Positions 1-9,844 of a DNA stretch of 64,000 bases are shown piece after piece. This stretch comes from Mobula hypostoma (lineage: Eukaryota). A program made the position numbers and the translations under genes. The DNA lies in the NCBI RefSeq assembly GCF_963921235.1, contig NC_086101.1, positions 13,454,001 to 13,518,000 on the forward strand. The letters run 5' to 3'. The notes under the pieces were generated by a model that did not search any database, was not told the DNA's origin, and worked only from the letters and a program-made list of their open reading frames with translations. Numbering within the stretch: position 1 is the stretch's first letter; each line of letters opens with the position of its first letter.

Positions 1-1290
1 TCTCCCTCGTCCTAGAATGAAAAGCCTCATCCTGAGAGCAGATGCGGCGGAGACGGAGGAATTGCGAGAAGGGGATGGCGTTTTTGCAAGAGACAGGGTG
101 AGAAGAGGAATAGTCCAGATAGCTGTGAGAGTCAGTGGGCTTATAGTAGACATCAGTGGATAAGCTGTCTCCAGAGACAGAGACAGAAAGATCTAGAAAG
201 GGGAGGGAGGTGTCGGAAATGGACCAGGTAAACTTGAGGGCAGGGTGAAAGTTGGAGGCAAAGTTAATAAAGTCAACGAGTTCTGCATGCGTGCAGGAAG
301 CAGCGCCAATGCAATCGTCGATGTAGCGAAGGAAAAGTGGGGGACAGATACCAGAATAGGCACGGAACATAGATTGTTCCACAAACCCAACAAAAAGGCA
401 GGCATAGCTAGGACCCATATGGGTGCCCATAGCTACACCTTTAGTTTGGAGGAAATGGGAGGAGCAAAAGGAGAAATTATTAAGAGTAAGGACTAATTCC
501 GCTAGACGGAGCAGAGTGGTGGTAGAGGGGAACTGATTAGGTCTGGAATCCAAAAAGAAGCGTAGAGCTTTGAGACCTTCCTGATGGGGGATGGAAGTAT
601 ATAGGGACTGGACATCCATGGTGAAAATAAAGCGGTGGGGGCCAGGGAACTTAAAATCATCGAAAAGTTTAAGAGCGTGAGAAGTGTCACGAACATAGGT
701 CGGAAGGGATTGATCAAGGGGTGATAAAACAGTGTCGAGGTATGCAGAAACGAATTCGGTGGGGCAGGAGTAAGCTGAGACAATAGGTCGGCCAGGACAG
801 GCAGGTTTGTGGATCTTGGGTAGGAGGTAGAAACGGGAAGTGCGGGGTGTGGGAACTATAAGGTTGGTAGCAGTGTATGGGAGATCCCCTGAGCGGATAA
901 AGTCGTTGATAGTGTGGGAGACAATGGCCTGGTGCTCCTTAGTGGGGTCACGATCGAGGGGTAAATAAGAGGAGGTATCCGCGAGTTGTCGCTCTGCCTC
1001 GGCAAGGTAGAGGTCAGTACGCCAGACTACAACAGCACCCCCTTTATCAGCGGGTTTAATAATAAGGTTAGGATTAGTGCGGAGGGAGTGGAGAGCAGAG
1101 CGTTCCGAAGGAGTGAGGTTGGAATGGGGACAAGGTGCGGTGAAGTCGAGACGGTTGATGTCCCGTCGGCAGTTGGCAATAAAGAGATCCAGAGCAGGCA
1201 GAAGACCAGAGCGGGGTGTCCATGAAGAAGAGGAGGGTTGAAGACGGGAGAAGGGATCATCGGTGGGGGTGGAAGAGTCCTTGCCGAAGA
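1..1290 (-). mobile_element. Penelope-like element, reverse transcriptase fragment (frameshifted)
   Basis: Minus strand reads GVAMGTHMGPSYA and LRYIDDC...FINFASNFHPALKFTW...LPFLDLSV...YYKPTDSHSYLDYSSSHP...IPFSQFLRLRRICS, typical PLE RT/thumb motifs. Confidence 0.85.
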
Positions 1291-1296
1291 AGTAGG

Positions 1297-3044
1297 TTAA
1301 TTGGAGTAAGGGGAAATATGAGGCTAGCAGGCAGGAACTTGGAAGCATAAATTGGGAACAGATGTTCTCAGGAAAATGTACGGCAGAAATGTGGCAGATA
1401 TTCAGGGGATATTTGCGTGGGGTTCTGACTAGGTACGTTCCAATGAGACAGGGAAAGAATGGTCGGGTGCAAGATCTGTGGTGTACAAAAGCAGTTGTAA
1501 ATCTAGTCAAGAAGAAAAGAAGAGCTTACAAAAGGTTCAAAAAACCAGGTAATGATAGAGATCTGGAAGATTATAAAGCTAGCAGAAAGGAGTTTAAGAA
1601 TGAAATTAGCAGAGTCAGAAGAGGCCATGAGAAGGCTGTGGCAGACAGGATTTTAAAAAAACCCCAAGGCATTCTACAAGTATGTGAAGAACAAGAGGAT
1701 AAGACATGAGAGAATAGGACGAATCAAGTGTGACAGTGGAAATGTGTGTATGGAACCGGAGGAGATTGCAGAGGTACTTAATGAATACTTCCCATCAGTA
1801 TTCACTATGGAAAAGGATCTTGGTGATTGTAGGGATGACCTACAGCAGACTGAAAAGCTTGAGCATATAGATATTGAGAAAGAGGATGTACTGGAGCTTT
1901 TGGAAAGCATCAAGTTGGATAATTCGCCAGGACCGGATGAGATGTACCCTAGACTTCTGTGGGAGGTGAGGGAGGAGATTGCTGAGCCTCTGGCAATTAC
2001 CTTTGTATCATCAATGGGGACGGCAGAGGTTCCGAAGGATTGGAGGGTTGCGAATGTTGTTCCCTTATTCAAGAAAGGGAGTAGAGATAACTCAGGAAAT
2101 TATAGACTGTGAGCCTTACTTCAGTGATTGGTAAGTTGATGGAGAAGATCCTGAGAGGCAGGATTTATGAACATTTGGAGAGGCATAATATGATTAGGAA
2201 TAGTCAGAATGCTTTGTCAAAGGCAGGTCGTGCCTTACGAGCCTGACTGAATTTTTTGAGGATGTGACTAAACACATTGATGAAGGTAGAGTAGTAGATG
2301 TAGTGTATATGGATTTCATCAAGGCATTTGACAAGATACCCCATGCAAGGCTTATTGAGAAAGAAAGGAAGCATGGGATCCAAGGGGACATTGCTTTGTG
2401 GATACAGAATTGACTTGCTCAGAGAAGCCAAAGAGTCGTTGTAGATGGGTTGTATTCTGCATGGAGGTCGGTGACCAGTGGTGTGCCTCAGGAATCTGTT
2501 CTGGGACCCCTTCTCTTCGTGATTTTTATAAATGACCTGGATCAGGAACTGGAGGAATGGGTTACTAAATTTGTGGATGACACAGAGGTTTGGGGTGTTG
2601 TGGATAGTGTGGAAGGCTGTCAGAGTTTACAGCAGGACTTCCATAGGATGCAAAACTGGGCTGAGAAGTGGCAGATGGAGTTCAACCCAGATAACTGTGA
2701 AGTGCAAACAACAGGAATTCTGCAGATGCTGGAAATTCAAGCAACACACATCAAAGTTGCTGGTGAACGCAGCAGGCCAGGCAGCATCTGTAGGAAGAGG
2801 TGCAGTCAATGCTTCAGGCCGAGACCCTTCGTCAGGACCTGTGAAGTGGTTCATTTTGGTAGGTCAAATACGATAGCAGAATATAGTATTAATGGTAAGA
2901 CTCTTGGTAGTGTGGAGGATCAGAGGGATCTTGGGGTACAAGTCCATAGGACACTCAAAGCTGCTGTGTAGGTTGATCCTGTACTTAAGAAGACATATGG
3001 TATATTGGCCTTCATCAATCAAGGGATTGAGTTTAGGAGCCAAG
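1297..3044 (+). mobile_element. CR1 LINE ORF2 fragment (degenerate)
   Basis: ORFs 1362, 1684 and 2450 give SPGPDEMYPRLL, VPKDWRVANVVPLFKKG, VTSGVPQESVLGPLLF, KFVDDT, WAEKWQMEFN; multiple frameshifts and stops. Confidence 0.9.
2705..2838 (-). mobile_element. Short Penelope terminal-repeat insertion with degenerate hammerhead
   Basis: Matches the Penelope 3' terminus at 61258-61360; flanked by a 10-bp TSD ctgtgaagtg (2695-2704 / 2839-2848). Confidence 0.85.
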
Positions 3045-3214
3045 TGTCATGGCCCCTTCTGGCAATCCCTCACCTTGCTAGTTACCTCAGGAATTGGGCC
3101 TCAATCTTCTCGTTGAATTTCCAATCATTCCCAGGTTCCACTAACTACACACACCTGCTTTCCATCAGAAAATGCAGGATAAAAAAACCCTGTGATCACA
3201 ACAAGGAGCTGCCA
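3045..3214 (+). mobile_element. LTR-like fragment
   Basis: Begins TGTCA and interrupts the CR1; no coding signal. Confidence 0.35.
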
Positions 3215-6200
3215 TGTTGTCAGGCTGTAAAAAACAGAAATAGAGCATTCAGCCTAGTTAAAGAACCCATAATATGCAGCATTTGATTCAATATAAGAAT
3301 GCACAGGCAGTGGTGAGAAGAACTATACGTCAAGCTAAAAGGGCAAGTTGGAGGAGTTTTTGCGACAAGGTAGGAAGAACAACACCTGTGGGAGAGATAT
3401 GGGTAATGATTAAGAGGATGGGAGGAGATAGAAGGGAATGGGAATATCCAGTAATGATATCTGAGGAGGAAACTGCAGTCTCCAGTAGGGATAAGGCTGA
3501 GATCATGGCCAAGTCATTTGTACTGATACACAGTTCAGAAAATTTGTCTGAAGAAGGGAGAAGGAGGGAAAGAATAATGAGCCAACACCCAGGTGTGTTA
3601 AGCAGGAGGGAAGGAACAGATGATATAATTGATGATCCATTTACATTAGCAGAAATGGTGAGAGCAATAAAGAGATCGAGACCAACCTCCCCAGGGAAAG
3701 ATCTGATATGCTCTGTGATGCTAAAAAATCTAGGAGAAGGAGCGCTCTTGAAGTTGCTGCATTTTTATAACAGAGTGTGGGAGGAGGGAAGATTACCAAG
3801 TGCATGGAAAGAAGCAGTAGTAATTCCAATAAGGAAGCCTGGCAAGGATCTGTCAAAACCCACTAGCTACAGACCAATTGCATTAACATCAAGTATATGT
3901 AAGATAATGGAAAGGATGATAACAGAAAGGTTATCATATGAGCTTGAGAAAAGGGGAATGCTGGCAAGTTATCAGAGTGGTTTTAGAAAGGGAAGGAATT
4001 CCATGGACTCGGTGATTATGTTAGAGACTGAAATAAGGAAGGTCCAGGCAAATAGAGAGTCAGTAGTGGCAGTGTTCTTTGACATTGAAAAAGCCTATGA
4101 TATGATGTGGAAGGAAGGATTATTAACTAAACTGCACAAGACGGGGGTTGGTGGGAGAGTTTTTAATTGGATTAAAGATTTTTTTGTTTGGTAGAAAAAT
4201 TCAAGTTCGGATTGGATCAGAATTATCAAAACAGTACATAGTGGAAAATGGCACACCTCAAGGTAGTGTGATTAGCCCATTACTTTTCATGATTATGATC
4301 AATGATGTCTTCACAAAGGTACCAGTGGATATAGGTAGGTCACTGTTTGCGGATGATGGGGCCTTGTGGAAAAGAGGCAGGAACATGGACCATATAATCA
4401 GGAAACTACAAGAAGCAATTGATGAAGTGATGGAGTGGGGTTATGATTGGGGATGTAGATTTTCAGTAGATAAAACTCAAACTGTATTTTTTACCAGGAA
4501 AAGGGTTGAGGTAGGGAAGAAGTTAAGGATGTATGGGGTTGAATTAGAAAGGGTTGCATCATTTAAATTTCTGGGAGTTATATTTGATTCACGATTAACA
4601 TGGGCAGACCATATCAGGAAAGTTGAGGAGAAATGTAAAAAAGTAATAAATGTGATGAGATGTTTGACTGGTGGGGAATGGGGAGCAAGTTGTTCAGCTT
4701 TGAAGAGAATGTATGTGGCTTTAGTAAGATCTGTATTGGATTATGGAAAATAAGTATATGGATCAGCAGCTGGTCTCTTATAAGGAAACTGGATGTGATT
4801 CAGGCTCAGGCCTTGAGAGTGTGCAGTGGGGCTTTTAAAACGTCACCAGTGTCAGCCCTACAGGTAGAAATGGGAATAATGCCTTTGGAACTAAGAAGGA
4901 TGCAACTGATGGCAAACTGCTGGGCTAACTTGCAGGGGCACAATGATTCTCACCCTACTAAAGGAGTGTTGCAGGAGTGCTGGGAAAATGGGAGGTTTCA
5001 GAGGGATACCTTTAGTCGGGTAGGGAATGATATCGCGAAAGAATGTGGAGTGTTTGATCGGAGGATAAGTCCTTCAGTAGTTTATCTGGTTGTAGCTCCA
5101 TGGAAGCTTGTATGGCCTGACATAGACTGGCATTTGTTAGAGGTAAAAAGGAAAGAAAGATATAAAACAGATTTGGTAAATGCATTTAACTGTCATGTGA
5201 TGGAAAAGTATAGTGATTATACTCACATTTATACAGATGGTGCGAAGGAACCTGAAACAGGAGTGACAGGGTTTGGGGTGGTAATACCAGCAAAAGAAAT
5301 TGGAATCAGCAGAAGAACATCTAATAAGTTAGGGGTGTTTACAGTGGAGATGCTGGCAGTGTTGGTTGCATTGCAATGGGTGCAGAAAGCCAGACCATCC
5401 AAAGCATTGATATGTTCAGATTCATCCTCAGTTCTAGCAAGTTTAAGGTCTTTTCACACAAACAGTCGGCAAGATGTACTTTATGAAGCCCTTCAGTTAG
5501 TTACAAGAATTGCAAATCAGGGAGGTCAGGTAAAATTTCTATGGGTTCCAGCACATGTAGGGGTGAAGGGGAATGAGAGGGTGGATGAGTTGGCAAAGAG
5601 GGCGTTAAAGAAAGAAAATGTGGAAATGCACATTAGTATCAGTAAAGCAGAGGTTAAGTGTGTAATCTGGGAAAAAGTCAACCGAATGTGGCAAGAAAGA
5701 TGGGACAGGGAGGGGAAAGGGAGGCATTTATATCAAATACAAAAGAGTATTGCAGTTACTAGGGTAGGTAATGGAAACAGAAGAGAGGAAATTGTGTGGA
5801 CTAGGTTAAGGCTGGGGCACTGTGCATTAAACAAAACATTGAAAATGATAGGGAAACACCAGACAGGATTGTGTGAGGAATGTCAGGAAGAGGAGTCAGT
5901 AGAACATGTAGTTCTGAGTTGCAGGAAGTATGGGATACAGAGAGAAATGATGAGAAATAAATTAAGGGAGTTGGGGATGCAGGAATTCACATTAAAAGGG
6001 TTGCTCGGCATGGGTGAGAGAGCACAAGTCCGGGTATTTTTAGTGTTTTTAAGGGGTACAGGGGTTTTTTATAGAATATGACAAATAAACAGGAATAGGA
6101 TACTAGGATGGTCAAAGATGGGAGGGTGAAGTGTGTGTGTGTGTGTGTGAAGGGATTTAGAATGTATGTCTAGTGCACATTCTGGAGCAGAGGGTGGCGG

Positions 6201-6255
6201 TAATGCACCATTAAGCTGGATGCCAACCGCCATAAAACAAGATACAGACAGACAG
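3215..6255 (+). mobile_element. 5'-truncated I/Nimb-type LINE (RT + RNase H + CCHC finger)
   Basis: RT motifs YRPIALTS, QSGFR, FFDIEKAYD, GTPQGSVISP, LFADD; RNase H IYTDG...WVPAHVGVKGNERVDELAK; C-terminal CEEC...EHVVLSC; (CAGA)n tail; 15-bp TSD aacaaggagctgcca (3200-3214 / 6256-6270); frameshifts near 4190 and 4750-4775. Confidence 0.9.
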
Positions 6256-6274
6256 AACAAGGAGCTGCCAGCTT

Positions 6275-6630
6275 GTCCTGACATAGTTACTGAGATTCTC
6301 TTAGTGTTGTTTAGAGTAGGGAAGATGGGTTGTGCAGTTGGATTTTCATGGATACCTGGGAATGCTGGGGTGGAGGGAAATGAAATTGTGGATGGCATTG
6401 CAAAGTCTTCCTTACAGAGCAGGCAAGTAGAAATTAGAGTTCCCCTAGGCAGAGCAGAATTGAGAAGTAGGATTAAAAAGGTATAGAGAAGAAGTGGCAG
6501 GAGGATTGGAAAAATGAATTAAGGGGCAGGCATTATTTTTCTAGTTACCCACTAGCTAAAAAGGTCTCAGACTGTTAACTTTTAAATTGTAGAGATTATG
6601 GTGAAATTTACAAGACTTAAGTTGTGGCAT
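6275..6630 (+). mobile_element. Second I/Nimb-family RNase H fragment
   Basis: WIPGNAGVEGNEIVDGIAK and VKFTRLKLWH are homologous to, but diverged from, the upstream element. Confidence 0.7.
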
Positions 6631-6632
6631 TG

Positions 6633-7270
6633 GCAGCTGTGCAGGTTGACTCTGGTTAAGAAGGCATATGGTGTATTGGCCTTCATCAATCGTGGAATTG
6701 AATTTGGGAGCCGAGAGGTAATATTGCAGCTATATAGGACCCTCATCAGACCCCACTGGGAGTACTGTGCTCAGTTCTGGTCGCCTCACTACAGGAAGGA
6801 TGTGTAAGCTATAGAAAGGGTGCAGAGGAGATTTACAAGGATGTTGCCTGGATTGGGGAGCACGGTTTATGAGAATAGGTTGAGTGAACTCTGCCTTTTC
6901 TCCTTGGAGCGATGGAGGATGAGAGGTGACCTGATAGAGGTGTATAAGATAGTAAGAGGCATTGATCGTGTGGGGATAGTCGGAGGCTTTTTCCCAGGGC
7001 TGGAATGGCTAGCACGAGAGGGCACAGGTTTAAGGTGCTGGGAAGTAGGTGCAGAGGAGATATCAGGGGTAAGTTTTTTACGCAGAGAGTGGTGAGTGCG
7101 TGGAATGGGCTGCCGGCGACGGTGGTGGCGGTGGCTACGATTGGGTCGTTTGAGACTCCTGGACAGGTACATGGAGTTCAGTAAAATAGATGGCTAAGGT
7201 AAGGACATGTTCGGCACAGCTTTGTGGACCGAGGGGCCTGTATTGTGCTGTAGGTTTTCTGTTTCTATTG
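6633..7270 (+). mobile_element. CR1 LINE 3' end
   Basis: LQLYRTLIRPHWEYCAQFWSP, QRRFTRMLPGL, RMRGDLIEVYK, followed by a CR1 3' UTR. Confidence 0.9.
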
Positions 7271-7473
7271 CAGCTGGACTTTCACTGCACGTTTGCACAT
7301 GACAATAAAATCGAGTTGGCTTGGACTACAGTTGGATACGTTGGAACACCGAGGTAACTTAAACCGGCTGTTCTATGTTCTACTGGAAGTCCGGCCACCC
7401 ATTAACATGATTAGTGGGGATACAAATATTCCCGAGAAACTACCGAAATAGCCCCGCCAGCATGTGAGCGAGT

Positions 7474-7489
7474 GGCTCTGAACAGAGCC
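7474..7489 (-). promoter_or_regulatory. Histone 3' stem-loop (loop variant) of H2B pseudogene
   Basis: Minus strand GGCTCT-GTTC-AGAGCC followed by ACTC, about 40 nt after the H2B-like stop. Confidence 0.75.
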
Positions 7490-7529
7490 CCGGTTGTATT
7501 TTTAATGGCGTCCGTTGACGGTGTGGATC

Positions 7530-8150
7530 TCACTCGCCCCTGTTCTTGGTGAATGTTTCCATTCCTTCCAGTTCCCAAAGCTGGGAGAATCGGACGGCAT
7601 TCTGAATCCCCCGAGGTGAAATGGCGTGAGTTTTTATGTAACAGCGCACACGGGAAACCTCTGAAGCAATGCTCTCGAAGATGTGGCAATAGACAGACTG
7701 CTGGAGGATGCAGGTTATCGAACCGCTGACGTTCCTCGACCCGCTGAGTTTCTCCAGCATGTTGTTGCTCCAGCTTCCATCAGCTGCAGTCTCCTATCTC
7801 GAGGACCCAGTTGTCGAGTTTCGTTTAAATAAAATAAACTTTATATCTATGATTTACAAGAATAAGACGTGCAACCCCTTTTAATTTCTTACATTCACAA
7901 GCATTAATTTCTGTAAACCAACAGGCTTGTGGTCTGAGGTGGGTCGGTGGGGGTGAGGTAAACTACTGTAACAAGGGACAGGAGTTGATAATATTTGGGG
8001 GATAAATAAGAGGTTGTTGAATATGATGGACTTGTTTCAGCCCTTTATAAAGAAAGTTTCTTCGCTTTCCTGCTCCTCTCGCCTTTTGCAGGTGTCCAGA
8101 CGGCCACTTTCTTTGACCCACTTTTTAGTTGCCGGTTTTGGGATGGTGAA
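7530..8150 (-). pseudogene. Split, degenerate histone H2B pseudogene
   Basis: C-half 7530-7690 HIFESIASEVSR...YIKTHAISPRGIQNAVRF...WEL..EG aligns to H2B [33 protein letters not shown]. N-half about 8020-8150 includes YKGLKQVH. About 330 bp of inserted sequence between. Octamer, TATA and stem-loop are in the expected places. Confidence 0.75.
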
Positions 8151-8176
8151 GCTGAGTCCCCGAGCCGACGGTGATA

Positions 8177-8230
8177 CTTATAGTGAGTTGTATGCAAATT
8201 GAGGATAGGAACCGGTCAGTTTCTATTGGT
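8177..8230 (-). promoter_or_regulatory. H2B-type promoter (TATA, octamer, CCAAT)
   Basis: Minus strand TATAAG near 8177-8182, ATTTGCAT at 8192-8199, CCAAT at 8225-8229. Confidence 0.7.
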
Positions 8231-8609
8231 CAGCTAGCGACAAGCCCACTTTGTTTTCGATATATTAGACGGGAACTGGATGTTTTCTTCTCTTCAGGCA
8301 AAAAATGACAGTAACAATATTCGCCTAAGGCAAGGTTACTCAGAGGACGCAAGAGTATACATTATAACCAGAAGTGCCCATCACGTTCTGTATCTGCACC
8401 GAATCATCTAACCTGAGATCCTAAATTGCTGTGTGTGTTTGTGTGTGTTGCAGTATGTGGTGATGCTACTTCACACTTTCTGAGGCTGAGTTTGATCCTG
8501 GCCACCGGTGCTGTCTGTGAAATTTGCCAGTTTTCCCCCGTGTTTCTTCACGCACCTTGACTGGTTGGAAAGTTAAACGCTTGCTGACTGACTCCAGCGT
8601 GCGTCGATA

Positions 8610-8750
8610 GAAACATGGGAACATAGAAAATAGGTGCAGGAGTAGGCCATTCGGCCCTTCGAGCCTGCACCGCCATTTATTATGATCATGGCTTATCATC
8701 CAACTCAGAAACCCGCCCCAGCCTTCCCTCCATACCCCCTGACCCCCGTA
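8610..8750 (-). mobile_element. CR1-type 3' tail fragment
   Basis: aggccattcggccc stem and aacatag-type tail shared with other CR1 ends in the window. Confidence 0.6.
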
Positions 8751-8753
8751 AAT

Positions 8754-8883
8754 CAAAGTTGCTGGTGAACACAGCAGGCTAGGCAGCATCTCTAGGAAGA
8801 GGTACAGTCGACGTTTCAGGCCGAGACCCTTCGTCAGGACTGACGAAGAGTCTCGGCCTGAAACGTCGACTGTACCTCTTCCT
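8754..8883. mobile_element. Palindromic Penelope terminal-repeat insertion
   Basis: 44-bp inverted arms 8794-8837 / 8840-8883 (1 mismatch); possible 6-bp TSD gtaaat (8748-8753 / 8884-8889). Confidence 0.8.
8805..8842 (-). ncRNA. Minimal type I hammerhead ribozyme motif
   Basis: CAGTC-CTGACGA-AGGgtctcggCCT-GAAA-CGTC-GACTG: helix I CAGUC/GACUG, CUGANGA core, helix II, GAAA, palindromic ACGU helix III, GUC cleavage triplet. Confidence 0.8.
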
Positions 8884-9529
8884 GTAAATTAGTGAGGAAC
8901 TGGATTAATCTGGAAATCGGCACGGACTCGATGTAGCCTTAAATCTTTTATATAAAGTTTTTTTTCTCTTCTTGGATTCAGCTTCGTCTGCTGATTGAGG
9001 AATTTTGTATCTTGATTTCTGTCGACTTCAGACACTGATAATGTCGCAGATTCACCCTAGACCTCGGTGATGGTGAGTTTCAGGGACCCTTGTGGTCAGA
9101 CCTGAGTTGCTCAAACACAGGACATCAGCTTGCTTCTGATAGCAGTGTGACAAGAATTATAGGACGAGTAATATTTACAAATGAATGCCTTAGAAAGTTT
9201 CACATAAATGTCCGGTGTTCCAACACACCTAAACAAATATACGCCTCTAAAATTTGTATCTAGATAATCTTAATGTTTCATTTCCAAAACGTTTTTATTA
9301 CAAAAAGATGATTACTGGCATATTCTCAGTGTCACTGTACGTTCAAATAAAATTGTTGGTCTCGCAGCGCCAGAAACAGAGTTTAATCCTGGCGTTGGAT
9401 GCTGCCTACGTTCTCCCCAAGCACCCTGGCTTCCTTCTGTGGGTTGGTCGCTGTAAATTATCCCTGGTATGTCGGTGAGTGCGAAAATAAGATCATAAGA
9501 CACAGGACATTCTGCATACAGTCTGCCCC

Positions 9530-9842
9530 GCCATTCCACCGGGGCGGGATCCCAATCAACCCCATACTCCTGCCTTCTGGTCATGTCCTTTGATGGCCTG
9601 ACTGATCAGGGCACTATCAACTTCCGTCTTAAATATACCACGGACTTGGCTTGCACCGCAGTCTGTGGCAGAGCGTTCTACAGATTTACTAGCCCCGGCT
9701 AAAAAAAAAACTCCTCCTTACTTCTGTCCTAAAGGGTCGCCCCTCAATTTTGAGGCTGTGCCCTCTAGTTCTGGATATCCTCACCATAGGAAACATCCTC
9801 TCCACATCCACCCTATCTAGTCCTTTCAACATTCGGTAGGTT
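9530..9842 (-). mobile_element. CR1 3' end fragment
   Basis: Similar to the CR1 ends at 34580-34950 and 43200-43560. Confidence 0.65.
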
Positions 9843-9844
9843 TC

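Noticed and set aside
3274-6081. Domesticated RT/RNase H host gene
   Set aside because: 5'-truncated, frameshifted, with TSD and microsatellite tail: an ordinary retrotransposon copy.
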